Below, in pieces: positions 1 to 12,969 of a stretch of DNA of 60,000 nt. The DNA lies in assembly GCA_038087875.1 (NCBI GenBank), contig CM075989.1, positions 17,796,001 through 17,856,000 of the forward strand, read 5' to 3'. Each line of letters begins with the position of its first letter. Position 1 is the stretch's first letter. The translations under genes and the position numbers were made by a program. The notes under the pieces were generated by a model, which worked only from the letters and a program-made list of their open reading frames with translations, did not search any database and was not told the DNA's origin. Source of the DNA: Malacoraja senta. Its lineage: Eukaryota.

Positions 1-277
1 ATCAAGTTATATAACATCCTGACGTAAATCTTTCAATGATCCTTCAACCTTACAGATCTAATTTCTGGAACTTCCTATCACTGGTCTAATGTTACCACAA
101 CTTTTGAAGGTAAATTTATGGAAATCGGTTCTGATATCCTTTGTCAAACAACCACTGCCTTAGGAAGATCAATCTCGCCTCCTTCGAAGAATGTTCGCAA
201 CCATTACTTCACTGTATCATCATCAAAACAGTATTGCTTGGATCCTGACAAGATAAGATAACGGTCCCATTTATGAA

Positions 278-283
278 TTTATT
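278..283 (-). other. Candidate RASL12 polyadenylation signal (AATAAA)
   Basis: tttatt on the + strand, about 730 nt downstream of the RASL12 stop; motif only. Confidence 0.3.
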
Positions 284-755
284 GGTCTTCTGTGCAACGT
301 CTTCATTGTTGACACGGGAAAATATCATGTACTTTACTGGATGTTCCTGGAGTGATTGATTTTTGGAAAATAAATATAATTTTCATATGGTGATCCTTGA
401 AAAGCTTGTTCCACTACCCTCATTACCACAGTCATGTGGACTTCTCACAGACACTGACCCTGCTCTTCAGATTACTGGACATTTGCTACATTCCTCCCTT
501 CTCGTAGAGAACTCCTGCAGCAGAGGCCGCAATAAATATTCTTCTCACTAATTGTTTTCGCTGAAAGAGCTCTGGCAATCGTCAAAGCAGGCACACTATG
601 AGCCATTGGTCCTTTTACTCCAATCTGAATCCACATAATGTTAAGCAAAGATCACATTAGCAGTAAAACTTTGGTTGATATTTACCATTACTTTTACGTT
701 TACTGATAAGATCAGTCAGTGACCGTTTTCACCGACCATGGAACAAGATGCATGA

Positions 756-940
756 CTGAAGATAGACACAAAATGCTGGAATAACTCAGCGAGGCAGGCA
801 GCGTCTCTGGAGAGAAGGAATGGGTGAAGAAGGGTCTCGACTCGTTCCTTCTCTCCAGAGATGCTGCCTGACCCGGTGCGTTACTCCAGCATTTTGTGTC
901 TATCTTCAGTGTAAACCAGCATCTGCAGTTCTTTCCTACG
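756..940. mobile_element. Penelope-derived foldback insertion in the presumptive RASL12 3' UTR
   Basis: Inverted arms of about 60 bp; 12-bp TSD caagatgcatga at 744-755 and 941-952. Confidence 0.75.
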
Positions 941-1014
941 CAAGATGCATGATCCACCTGGTTGATATGACCTACGTTGAGTTTTGCTATTCAATGTGGC
1001 GATTAATGTTTTTT

Positions 1015-1405
1015 TCAAAATATCTTGAATCCTTTCAGCAGAGTGAGGGTGGGTGTTCTCCGCTTGCTTTGGGCTCTTGCTGACTTCACGGTGACAAGTT
1101 TAGCTGAGGTGATGGTGGGGATTTCCTTGTAGGTGGCGGTGGAGAGTCGCTGCGTTCCAAAGGCAGGGGGGTGGTGTTTAACAGCTTGGGCGAAGGCAGG
1201 GGGGTGGGGAAGGCCCGACACCGGCTTGTCCTCGGAAATAAAGAGCGGTCTGACGGGAAGGTGGCGCTCAGTCTCCCGCCTCACCTCACGTACCAACTGA
1301 TGGAACACATTCTGCACAGGTGGGAAATCCGAGCAGGCGGACACCTCGTTGAAGGAGCAGTTGTACTTGGCTGCCAGCGAGAGACCATCAGACTTGCTCA
1401 CCTGC
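1015..1405 (-). CDS. RASL12: RASL12 last coding exon (G5 EVSA ... TLTLLKGFKIF-stop)
   Basis: Part of ORF 1015..1476; acceptor after a (CT)n tract; C-terminus AKLVTVKS..AQSKR..PTLTLLKGFKIF is characteristic of RASL12; spliced CDS is 846 nt = 281 aa. Confidence 0.95.
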
Positions 1406-1415
1406 CTGTAAAACA

Positions 1416-1458
1416 GACAGAGAGAGAGAAAGAGAGAGAGAGAGAGAGCGAGAGAGAG
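1416..1458. repeat. (GA)n microsatellite serving as the polypyrimidine tract of the RASL12 last-exon acceptor
   Basis: Visible dinucleotide run just upstream (minus sense) of the AG at 1406-1407. Confidence 0.85.
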
Positions 1459-1574
1459 ATCATTTTCAAAATGCATTAGCGTTATATGTTAAGAAAAAGC
1501 AAATACCTGAAAATACTGTGAAACATCAAAGCAATCCAAAGGAAATCTTAGAATGTAGATTGAAATAAACGTAG

Positions 1575-1735
1575 GAAGGTTTAAACCGAAGATGGACACA
1601 AGAAGCTGGAGTAACTCAGCGGGACAGGCAGCATCTCTGGAGAGAAGAGTCTGAAGAAGGGTCTCGACCCGAAACGTCCCCAGAGGTGCCGCCTGTCCCG
1701 CTGAGTTACTCCAGCATTTTGTGTCTATCTTTTGG
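1575..1735. mobile_element. Penelope-derived foldback with an intact hammerhead core (1651-1678, +)
   Basis: ctgaaga-a-gggtc-tc-gaccc-gaaac-gtc; inverted arms; flanking near-direct repeat ttgaaataaa(c/t)gtag. Confidence 0.7.
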
Positions 1736-2244
1736 TTGAAATAAATGTAGAAGTCTCAACAGCCATGCAGTGCTTTGATCATTTGCTGATACTACACCGA
1801 ATTAGACAGTTTACTGCTATTGTGCACAGAATATAACTAAAAGCTCACATTCTGTGAAAGCAGATGCAAGGAATATTCTCTCCGCCTGTCATTCACTCCA
1901 AAGACGTACCTGGTGTCCCTGGTGTGTGGAGGATAGCGTTAGTGTGCGGGGACAGCTAGTCGGCACAGACTAGCTGGGCCTGTATCCACGCTGTATATCT
2001 AAACTAAACTAAACTCTCAATATCATAGCCTGGCAGATACGAGAGACTGCAGATGATGGAATCTTGAGCAAAAATCCAAAGTGCCGGAGGAACTCAGAGG
2101 GTCAGTCAGCTTCTGTGGTGGGACAAGGGCAGATGACGTTTCGGGTGTGGACCCTTCTTTAAAAAAAACAAATCGCCATCTGTACATTCCTCCACAGATG
2201 CTGACTGTCCCGTTGAGTTCCTCCAGCATGTTGTGTCCTGTTCA

Positions 2245-2590
2245 ATGTGCAAGGCCACCAACATAATCATGGATGAGTCTCACCCCGGTCACTCCCTCAT
2301 CTCACCTCTCCCATCAGGCAAGAGATATAGACGTGTGAAAACGCACACATCCAGGTTCAGGGATAGTTTATTCCCAGCTGTTACCAGGCAACTGAACCAT
2401 CCGCCAAACCTTTAGAGAACAGTCCAGAGCTACTATTTACCTCATTAGTGACCATCGGACCATCTTCGATCCGATTCCACTGGACTTTATTGTTATTCCC
2501 TTTATCGCGTATCTGTACACTGTGAATGGCCCGATTGTAATCAGCTTTCCGCTGACTGGTTACCACACAACACTGTATGTCGATGCATGT
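2245..2590 (+). mobile_element. Rex1/Babar-like LINE 3' fragment
   Basis: Translates as LPSGKRYRRVKTHTSRFRDSLFPAV, typical of the ORF end in this clade; related copies near 24825-25290 and 26615-26880. Confidence 0.6.
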
Positions 2591-2669
2591 GAAAATATAC
2601 TGCCCTCCGGCTCCCAAACCTAAGCCTCCTGCCTCCGCAGTCTCTGACATGCAAGGCTTGCTATAGTCT

Positions 2670-2855
2670 GTTCAAGAAGGAACTGCAGATGCTGGAAAAT
2701 CGAAGGTAGACAAAATTGCTGGAGAAACTTAGCGGGCGCGGCAGCATCTATGGAGCGAAGGAAAATAGGCAACGTTTCGGGCCGAAACGTTGCCTATTTC
2801 CTTCGCTCCATAGATGCTGCCGCACCCGCTGAGTTTCTCCAGCAATTTTGTCTAC
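2670..2855. mobile_element. Penelope-derived foldback, second subfamily
   Basis: Near-perfect palindrome centred on cgtttcgggccgaaacg; 13-bp TSD cttgctatagtct at 2657-2669 and 2856-2868. Confidence 0.75.
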
Positions 2856-3496
2856 CTTGCTATAGTCTTCCAGCTTCAGGCTCAAATGTACTTACTGACT
2901 GACTTCACGGCCCTCTGAGATAAAGACATCCAGAGATTTACATCCATTTGTCCAAAGGGCTTTCTTGACTTGCATACCGAAGGCAGACAGGACAGATATC
3001 TTGATGAAACGTTATTAAACGCGACCGGGACAACACCTGGAGCATTTGTAGACTGTGGAATTTGATCAGGGATTGACGGGGTAGTTGCAGGAATATTATT
3101 CCCACTTTCTGGAAAATATGAAAACCCAGCCCGATGGTCTCAGTCGGCAGTGGAAACGTCCGCATGTAGGCTGTTACCGACAGGGTGCAGGGCCCTTTAA
3201 ACAGCTGCACCTCTCAACCACGAGTTTGACTTGAACTCACACATCTTACCGAAGATAGGCACAAAAAGCTGGAGCAACTCAGCGGGTCAGGCAGCATCTC
3301 TGGATAGAAGGAATAGGTGACGTCTCAGGTCGAGACCCTTCTTCAGACCTGTCTCAGTCTCAGTCTCGACCCGAAACGCCGCCCATTCCTTCTCTCCACA
3401 GATGCTGCCTGACCCGCTGGGTTACTCCAGCTTCTCGTGTCTATCTTCGATTCAAGGCAGCATCTGCAGTTCCTTCCTACACACGACAGCTCTTAC

Positions 3497-3687
3497 CTGT
3501 ACCTCTCCATGTCCAGCTTATTCCCCAGCAAGGTGACGGGGTAGTCGTGCGGCTGTCCTTTGGTATGGCTGCAAATGATCTCCAGATAATCCCGGCTCGC
3601 TACAAAGCTCTTCCTATTGTCGATGCTGTAGACCACGACGAAGGCGTTTGCCCAGCTCAGGTATCGCTCAGAGTTCAGAGGTTTCCC
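3497..3687 (-). CDS. RASL12: RASL12 coding exon 4 (GKPLNSERYLSWANAFVVVYSID...LLGNKLDMERYR)
   Basis: Hand-translated, not in the ORF track; tAG acceptor and GTAAG donor; 191 nt; contains the G4 box NKLD. Confidence 0.95.
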
Positions 3688-4142
3688 CTAGTTGCGAAAC
3701 ACCAATGCTGGTTCATCATTCTATGCGCAGAGTATCACTAACGTATAGACATACAGGAAAAAATACCCGTGACAACAACATGGTACAGCAGGTAGTGCTG
3801 CTGCCTCAACACCTCCTGTGATCCGAATTCGGCCCTGATCTCCGCACCGGAGGTGTGAGGCAGCAGCACTACCTGCCCGTGTGGTGTTTGCACGTTCTCC
3901 CTACGACTGTATGCAGTTCCCGGGTGGTTTCTTCCCACTTCCCAAGGTTGCGCTGGTTGGAAGGTTCACTGGCTCCTTGTGTGGATGGGAGGTGGGGCAG
4001 TCCAGGAATCTCATGGGTATAGGTGAGAGAATAACCGGCAGGAAAAATAAATTGGAGAGTGGGATTGATGGGAATTCTCTGGGAGCCAGCGTCGACTCAA
4101 TGGGCCGAACAGTCTTCTGCTATGTTGTCCGGGAATGTGAAT

Positions 4143-4503
<361 letters not shown>

Positions 4504-5197
4504 CTGGAATGATATAGAATGGAATATGTTATTGCCACATGTGACAAGGCACAGTGAGATTCATTGCTTGCATACACAATGGATACAAATACTTTGGAAA
4601 GGGTGCAGAGAAGATGTACGAGGATGTTGCCAGGACAAAGAGAGCCTGGGATATAGGGAGAGGTTGAGCAGGCTAGCATTCTATTCCTTGGAGCGCAGAA
4701 GGTGGTCTTAGAGAGGTGTACAAAATCATGAAAGGATTAGATCGGGTAAACGCACGGAGTTTCTTGCCCAGAGTTGGGGAATGGAGAACCAGAGGACATA
4801 GGTGGAGGAAATAGGTCTATGACCTGACGTCATACAAAGGACTCTGCGACTCTATGGTGGCATTAAATTCATTAGTTCAGCAAAAAAGAAGGATTAAAAA
4901 GTTCAATCATTCATTCTGTTGTCTATTTAAACATTGTTTCGATAGCCCTGTGACCACAACACGCGAATGATTTGGAGATTTGTGCATCTGGGTTTCTCCA
5001 GTTTCCTCCCAGCCCTCTAAAAGACGCTCAGGTTTATAGGTTACTTGGTTTTGATAAAAATTGTAAGTTGTCCCTAATGTGTAGGCTGGAGCTAGTTTGC
5101 GGGGTCGGCGCGGACTCCGTGGGCCTGTTTCCGCGCTGTGTCTCAAATCTAAACCAAATCTCTCCTTGGATGTACAAAGTTCTCCCCGCCACGTTAC

Positions 5198-5271
5198 CTG
5201 GTCGGCCGTGTCCATTATTTTTAAGAGCACCGACTGGTGATCCACGATTTCTTCCGTAGTGTAGGTATCCT
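5198..5271 (-). CDS. RASL12: RASL12 coding exon 3 (EDTYTTEEIVDHQSVLLKIMDTADQ)
   Basis: tgcAG acceptor and GTAAC donor; 74 nt; DTAD variant of the G3 box typical of RASL12. Confidence 0.95.
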
Positions 5272-6178
5272 CTGCAAGCAAGTATCAGCAATGACGAGTC
5301 ACCATTGTGTCGGCGAAAACAGAGCACAAAATGGCACAACATGAGTGATGCACTGAACTCATAATACACTAAAATAGACACAAAATGCTGGAGTAACTCA
5401 GCGGGACAGGCAGTATCTCTGGAGAGACGGGATAGGTGACGTTTCGGGTCGAGACCCTCCTTCTTACTCAGAATGCACTAACGTCTTTTCCGAGAAATGT
5501 TGACACAGCAATAATTGAACGATAATATACAATACAATACAATACAATACAAACGAACTTTTGGTTTCTGCAGTCATACAAACAAGTAAAAAGAACCAAG
5601 ACACAACACAATTTACACAAACATCCATCACAGCGAATCTCCTCCTCGCTGTGATGGAAGGCAAAGTGAAAAGGTATGGGATTTATGTTAAATGCAGATG
5701 ACCCGTCGAGACCCTTTCTTCAGACTGAGTCAGGGGAAAGGGAACCGAGAGACACAGACGACATTGAGAGACACAGAACAAACGAATAAAAGATATACAA
5801 AAAGCAACGATGAACAAGGAAACGGTCCAGGGGTCGGGCAGCGTCCAGGGGTCGAGCTGAGACGATCCCTCAACAACTGAGATGCCCCAGTCTTGGGAAT
5901 GTGTAGGGAGGAACTGCAGGTGCTGGTTTACACCGAAGACAGACACAAAACGCTGGAGTAACTCAGCGGGACAGGCAGCATCTGTGGAGAGAAGGAATGG
6001 GTGACGTTTCGGGCCGAGACTCTTCTTCAGTCTATCTTGGGAACGTGTGTAGAGGACGGTTCCGTGTGTGAGCTCAAACACAGCGCGAATTAACTTGCTA
6101 ATATTCCCCAAAGTTTATTTCCTACGTGGGGACAGGTTGAAATGTAACTTTATAAATAAGAAAATTCGAGGCACTTAC

Positions 6179-6235
6179 CCAGGTGCGGATCATACTCGCT
6201 GATGAATCTTTTAGTCAGAAGCTTCACGGTGAGAG
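6179..6235 (-). CDS. RASL12: RASL12 coding exon 2 (ALTVKLLTKRFISEYDPHL)
   Basis: tacAG acceptor and GTAAGT donor; 57 nt, phases fit; closely matches the RASL12 switch I region as I recall it (ALTVKFLTKRFISEYDPNL). Confidence 0.95.
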
Positions 6236-6269
6236 CTGTAAGAGCAGAGGTTTAATGTCAGGGTGAGGA

Positions 6270-7215
6270 GTGTTGGAGGCGGCGCGGCTCCCCGCGTTGC
6301 CCCGGCCGGCATTCCCAGCTCAGACTGCCGCTTCACCGGCGAGACCTTCACCGCCAAGGACCGGGGTCACGGGAACTGCGCCCAAAACAGACCCTCCTGC
6401 CTACCCGCCCGCCCGCCCGCCCGGTGTGGCTAGTGGTGGGGATTGTAACTGCCCGCTCACGGGACGCGGGACACGGGCGGCGGGGAGCCGGGACGCGGGC
6501 GGGGGTACTCGGGGCGGAACTCACCGGATTTGCCGGAGCCGGCGTAGCCCAGGATGGCGATGCTACATTCCGGAGTGGGTGGGTGGTGGGCGCGGTCCCG
6601 GTCCCGGTCCCGGTCCGGGGCGCCCGGCAAAGTGACCACCCGGACCTTCCCAAACATTCCCCGCCGTCTGATACACGGCGACTGTCACCAGGCGGGTCCA
6701 CACCGGAGCTCCGCGCCCCTTGGGCCGGTGGAGGGGCGAGGGGAGGGGGTAGCTGTCAGGAGCCGCCTCCGCGGGAGGGAACGACCCGTGGAGTAAGTAT
6801 CCCGGGCAGGAGGGAAGTCGCTGCTGACATTGACCAGGGCGCCGGCGCTTTGATCCGCAGCTGCGCTCCTTGTAAGGAAGTCGCCGTCAGGGAAACAAGA
6901 GTGGACCCGCCGGGCGGGCAGCGGAGGGAGGGCCGAGTGGCCAGGGGCGAGCGGGGGGCGGGGGGGGGGGGGTCGAGGCGAGACTCCCCAGACTCACGCT
7001 GCCCCAGAGAAGCCGGCGCTCCCTCCGGCCAGGACCCCTCCCCGTCTCCCACTCAGCCCTCCTCAGTCTCCAGGTGTCCCTCCCCCCCCCACCCGCCCCC
7101 GAGCAGCGAGTCCCGGGGGGAGAGGGCACATCTCTGCAGGCACCCCCCCCCCTCCGTCTCAATCCCACCCCACAGCTCCGGGAACCCGCTGCGCCCTGAT
7201 CACCGCGGCTAGCTC
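6270..7215. promoter_or_regulatory. CpG island over the RASL12 promoter and exon 1, with G/C tracts
   Basis: Very high GC and CpG density compared with the flanks; GC boxes; G-runs at 6940-6972. Confidence 0.8.
6525..6657 (-). CDS. RASL12: RAS-like family 12 small GTPase, coding exon 1 (MFGK...AILGYAGSGKS, G1/P-loop)
   Basis: ATG at 6657 with an in-frame stop upstream; GxxxxGKS motif; GTGAGT donor at 6524; 133 nt, phase 1. Confidence 0.9.
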
Positions 7216-7336
7216 CAAAGGACAGATCTCCTGAATTAAACCGACTCAAATGATAGAGTTTCTAATAAAAAACAGAAAATGCTGGAAATACTCAGCAGGC
7301 CCCGGCAGTATATGTGGGGAGGAAACCGTTTCTGAC

Positions 7337-7600
7337 TTTTAGAGATACCGCGCAGAAACAGGCCATTCGGCCCACCGCGCCGACCAGCGACCCCTGCACG
7401 ATAACACTATCCTACACACGCTGGGGACAGTTTTACCGAAGGCCCGCACGTCTTTGAGTGTGGGAGGAAACCGGAGCACCTGGAGAAAACCCACGTGGTC
7501 ACAGGGAGAGTACAAACTCCGTACAGACAGCACCCGTAGTCAGGATCGGACCCGGGTCTCTGGCGCTGTAAGGCATCAACTCTACCGCTGCACCACCCCC
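7337..7600 (-). mobile_element. tRNA-derived SINE (HE1/V-SINE-like) with a CR1-type tail
   Basis: Reverse complement of the family seen at 38988-39287. Confidence 0.75.
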
Positions 7601-10600
7601 ATCTGATGCTCGCTGTTCCCCGTAACAGCCCGGGTTAAGCCGCACACCGTTGCTGAGGTTAGAGTCGGCAGCGCAAGGCCATTCTGCCCGTCACGCCGAC
7701 ACTGGGCCCGTGAAGCCGCTGAACCTTTTCCTCAGTCCGGCAACACATTGTGAACATGAGGGTGGAGGGGGGTGAACGACCAGGGCAGTCTCTGTAGTGT
7801 CCGGCTTCTCTGGGGATGTGTGAGTCTGGGGAGCAACTAATCACGGGAATGTTCCTGCTAAACGCTCCTCTTTACACTTTACACGAAAGTGTTGGAGAAA
7901 CTCAGGGGGTCAGGCAGCATCTCTGGAGCGAAGGAATGGGTGGCGTTTCGGGTCGAGACCCTTCTGATCTTGACGCGAAAAGTCCCCCATTCCTTTTCGC
8001 CAGAGATGCTGCCTGACCCGCTGAGTTACTCCAGGATTTTGTGTCTATCATCGGTGTAAACCGGCATCTGCAGTCCCTTCCGACATCCCTTCTTCACATG
8101 ATGTGGAGTTGAGGTCCAAGTTACATCGGGCACATTGTGTTTTGCTCAACATGATCCCGGCACCTTCCCGCAGTGCCTTGTGTCTGCCTTTAGCAAGTTG
8201 CTGTTGCCAAGCAGCGCTCCCTCTGCACATCTCCCCTCGTCTGGAGAAGGGTCTCGACCCGAACGTCGCCCATTCCTTCTCTCCAGATTTGCTGCCTGTC
8301 CTGCTGAGTTACTCCAATATTCTGTGCCTATCTTCGGGTTAAATGCCGGACTGTGCAAGTGTGGGATGATTGTTGGCAATGTCAGCCTGGACTCAGGCTC
8401 TGTTTCATGCCGTGTGAGGCACTCCGGCTGCACGCTGTGTTAGATTTCGTGTGTCATGTATGTGAATATGTATGTTAGATTTAGTGTGTCATGTATGTGA
8501 ATCTATGGCATAAGGTCATAAGTGTTAGGAGCAGAATGAGGCCATTCGGCCCATCAAGTCTACTTCGCTGATCTATCTCTTCCTCCTTACCCCAGTCTCC
8601 TGCCTTCTCACCATAACCCCCGACACCCGTACTAATCAAGAATCTGTCTCTCTGCCTCTCTCCATGTGTTAGATTCCGTGTGTTATCTATGTGAATCTAC
8701 GTGTTAGATTTCGAACATTCTGCCCTTTTTAATTTTCAATTGTTTTCAAACCTCCGCTGCTTTGACAAGTTGGATTAAGAACACTTAAACCTGGATTAAG
8801 CTTCCACTTTCATTTTAATGGCGCCCAGTGATCGTTATTTAAATAAATATTTAAACCATCACCCAGAATACGTTCGACAGTTTCACTGGGATGGAATGAT
8901 AAATACCAGATTCACCTTTATTTATTTAAATTCGGTTTTACTGAGATTAATATATTCAAATAATCTGAAGTAGCATTAAAATATTAGAACGGCAGTGATG
9001 ATCAGATCATGTTATACATGCAACGCATGTGGGGTCATTGGATGAAATTCAGTGACAATATTGATCAGTTCATCGCAGGCATTCTTTGGAACGGCAAGGA
9101 AAAGTAACTCTAACGGTGATTCCGAAGTCATCGATAACCGGTTTGAATGAGTAGGAAGGAACTGCAGATGCTGGTTTAAACCAAAGATAGACACAAAATG
9201 CTGGAGTAACTCAGCGGGACAGGCAGCATCCCTGGAGAGAAGGAAGGGGTGACGTTTCGGGTCTGAGGAAGGGTCTCGAACCGAAACGTCACCCATTTCT
9301 TCTCTCCAGAGATGCTGCCTATCCCGCTGAGTTACTCCAGCTTCAATCATCCCTTTGTCTCCCCCGAGAATTTAAAGCTCTATTTTAAAAACACAGTTTC
9401 AACTAATGCGCGCCTCTTTGTGATCTTCTTGTAAATAATTCATTTCAAGACAGAACGGCCCATGTCCCTTCAGTCCTCTGCCACTCCGCGCCTCTCTCTG
9501 CGCTCTATCTCCTGTTTGACCACCACCCTCTTATCTCGGAGCCGAGGAACACAGGCTCGATAAACTAAGCGCAATCCACTCTGAAACAGAGATAGACATA
9601 ACGTGCTGGAGTAACTCGGCGGTCCAGGCAGCATCTCTGGAGAAAAAGGATGGGCGACGTTTCGGGTCGGAACTCGGAACCCTGAGCCATGCACTCTTCA
9701 CTCTGCTCAATATTTGTATTCAGAATTAACACCGACCTGCACTGCCCCAACTAAACGGTTTAGCGTCATCAGTGCATGGTTTGAACGTACCTTGTGCTGA
9801 GCCAACAGAGCACCAACACCCACGGTGACTCTCCCTATCCTCCCATTGCAGCTCCAACCTGTCTGTTTCACTCCAGTCTTCATCTAAACACACCCAAGAT
9901 CTGACCCGCCCCCCCAGTTGATTTTAATTTACTTTTGATAGAACTTGCTCAGATGCCATTTGGAAATCTAAAGTTACAACGCTGTAACATGATATTCTGC
10001 ACGGGTGTTTTTCGCGTTGCTCTACCTGTTGTACTTGTGCATCTGCAGTTCCTTCTTTAACTCTTTAGTACTTGTGCACGACTTGGTTGTACTCATGTGT
10101 AGTTGGTTGGACAGGATAGCACGCAAACAAAGCTTTTCACTGTTTTTCAGTACACATCACAATAGTAATCCAATACCAAGTACATAACGCCACAAGGTTG
10201 TTAGGGTGATTTCGGTTCACGAGTCCTCAATAAAAGTCAGGGAATGTTGCCATTTTAGGCAGGATGACTGCTTCACTCAAAGGATAAACATCGTTTAACT
10301 CTGAAAGTTTGTGTTGTTTTAATTTCACTTTGTCTTTAACTTCATTTTTATCGGTGTCCTGAATTTTGTTCTCGTTCGTCTCTACTGGTTGTTAACTCCC
10401 CTCCCTCTCACACCCACTGCACCTTCCAATGTTAGCACTCCTTCTGTACCATTGACATACAGAAATAATGTCCACGTATTGTTCTCTGGTGATACTTTCA
10501 TGAATCTGTGCTGGTGAATCTGTGGAATTCTTTGCCACAGAAGGCCGTGTAGGCCAGGTCAGTGTGTATTCTTAAGGCAGACATAGCTAGATTCTTGATT

Positions 10601-10769
10601 AGTACAGGTGTCAGATGTTATGGGGAGAAGGCCGGAGAATGGGGTTAGGAGGGAGAGATAGATCAGCCATGTATGGCGGAGTACACTTGATGGGCCGAAT
10701 GGCCTAATTCTGTTCCTATCACTTATGACCTTATGATCAACCTTCTCGTTGGTTTTTTTTAGATCCTCA

Positions 10770-10928
10770 TTACACTGCAGCTGTGATGTTCAATTCAGGT
10801 GACTTCTTATCATAAAATCAAAGAGTGTTTAGTCTAACAGCTCACAACCGTCCACCTGAATCTACCTAGTCAAATCTGCAGTTACTAAACACCAACAATG
10901 ATCACCCAAACCACACTCAACGTGGATC
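10770..10928. repeat. 159-bp local duplication, copy 1
   Basis: Gap-free alignment to 12970-13128, about 85% identity by hand count. Confidence 0.85.
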
Positions 10929-12289
10929 TCAGAGAGCCAGTCTGTTTTTTTTCCTTCCCCATGCAGAATTTGCAAACGCCATTCATCACAAGGTACAGAG
11001 AATGCGATTGCTATAGTTTTAATGTTGAAAGCTTGCCCAGGCTCTCAACACTTCACAGTTTCACCCAGCAACATTCCACACGCAGATGAAAAAGCAAAGT
11101 AATCGCGTATCTGCATTCTTGAATCCAGGCTCGGCAATTATCAGTTGGTGAAAGCACTTGAAAAATGCAAAATATTTTTTCTGAAGAGAGATATACAAGG
11201 ATTTGTGGTCTACATTGCAACATGGCCTTTAAATTAAAGCATTCCACAAACACAGGAGGAGACCATTTGATCCATCCAAACTCCACTGCTTTCTCATCAG
11301 ACCCAGCTCAACACACTTTCCCCAAAGCCCTGCCATTCCGAATCCTTTTGTGAAAGCTCAGATTGGCCATGTCCGTGCTGGTATTGATCTCAACTCTTTT
11401 GTGTGAGCATCTTTTATCTCACTATCTTTTCCCCGTCACTTTAAATTGGCACCCCTGTCAATTGATCCATTTATTGAATTAGATTTTCTATTTACTCTCT
11501 CTAACCTGTGCCTGACCTTCGACACCTCTACTGAATCTCCTCTCAACCTCCACTGCTCCAAAGAGAACAGCCACGGTCTCCCACTCTAACCTTGCAGCTT
11601 GTTAATGGAACAATTCCAACTGAATATTTCCTGCATTTTCTGGGGGTCTTGAGATTCTTTCTCAAATATAGTGACCAGAGGCACCATTCTAGTTGTAGAT
11701 AAGCCAATGTTTTACAGGAGTTCAGTGTTTTATGGAATCTCTCTGTCGTTATATTCTGCCTCTATTCATGAAGCCCAGAATCCCATACACTTTATTAACT
11801 GCCACATCGTATATATTTACTATTAAGTCTCGCCTCAACCTCAGGCGCTCCAACCTCTCCTTGCAGCCAATACCCGCTAATCTATGCAGCATTCTGGTAA
11901 ACCTCTTCTGCACCCTCTCCAAAGCTTTCACATCCTTCATGTAATGAGACGACCAGAACTGCACACAATACTCCACATCGATGCTACGGCCAGGAAAGCA
12001 CAACAATGCCTCTACTTCCTCAGAAAAAAAGGAAATTCGGCATGTCTACAATTACTCTTATGGATACGGATACAATTACTCTTTACGGATACACCATAGA
12101 AAACATCCTATCGGTATGCATCATGGCTTGGTTTGGTAATTGCCCAGCCCCAAGCCATAAGAAATTGCAGAGTTATAGATGTAGCCCAATCCATCACACA
12201 GATCAGCCTTACCCCCCCCCCCCATCCATCTATTGAAGTACAGAGGGATTTGGGGTCTAAACCCAAAGGTTCCCTGAAAATGGCAACAC

Positions 12290-12950
12290 ACACACACATA
12301 GAGTGGTAAAGACGGCATATAGGATGCTTGCCTGCACTGGCGAGACATTGAGCATAAGAGTCAGGAAGTCATGAGCTTTGCAGCTTTGTAGGACTTTGGT
12401 TAGGCTGCATTTGGAGTATTGTGTGCAGTTCTGGTCGTCTCATTACATCAAGGACGTGAAGGCTTTGGAGAGGGTGCAGAAGTGGTTTACCAGAATGCTG
12501 CATAGATTAGAGGGTATTGGCTACAAGGAGAGTTGGATCTTCTTGGATTGTTATCTCTGGAACGCCTGAGGTTGAGGTGAGAATTAATAGTAAATATATA
12601 CAATTCTGAAAGGCATAGAACGGGTAGAAGTCAGAACTTTGTTCCCAAGTTGGAAATGTCGAGGTTTAGAGTGCACAGCTTTAAGCTGAGAGAGATAAAG
12701 TTTAAAGGAGATGCGTGGGGCAAGATTTTTACGTAGAGGGTGATGGGTACCTGGAATGCACTGTAAGGGTTGTGGTGGAGGCAGGTAGACAGTGTCGTTT
12801 AAGAGGCCTTCGGACAGACACATAAATACGCAGGGAATGGAGGGATATTAATTAAGTGTAAGCAGGTGATATCACTTTATCTTGGTCCATTATTTGGCAC
12901 AGACGTTGTGGATGGAAGGGCCTGCACCTGTACGGTGTGGTTCTTTATTA
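12290..12950 (+). mobile_element. CR1-type LINE 3' fragment
   Basis: Translates as LVRLHLEYCVQFWSSHYIKDVKALERVQKWFTRM; an inverted partial copy lies at about 11700-11980. Confidence 0.8.
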
Positions 12951-12969
12951 TCTTTTCCATCAACTTGCT

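Noticed and set aside
40..261. Open frame on + after a possible acceptor, considered as an SLC51B last exon
   Set aside because: No resemblance to OST-beta as I recall it; the length is compatible with chance
6270..7249. Several long GC-rich ORFs, including 6424..7212 (262 aa)
   Set aside because: Stop-poor CpG island with no recognisable domain; only 6525-6657 fits RASL12
9791..9883. Possible alternative RASL12 first exon (ATG...AAG/GTACG, minus strand, near a GC box)
   Set aside because: It ends in phase 0 whereas exon 2 needs phase 1; no homology support
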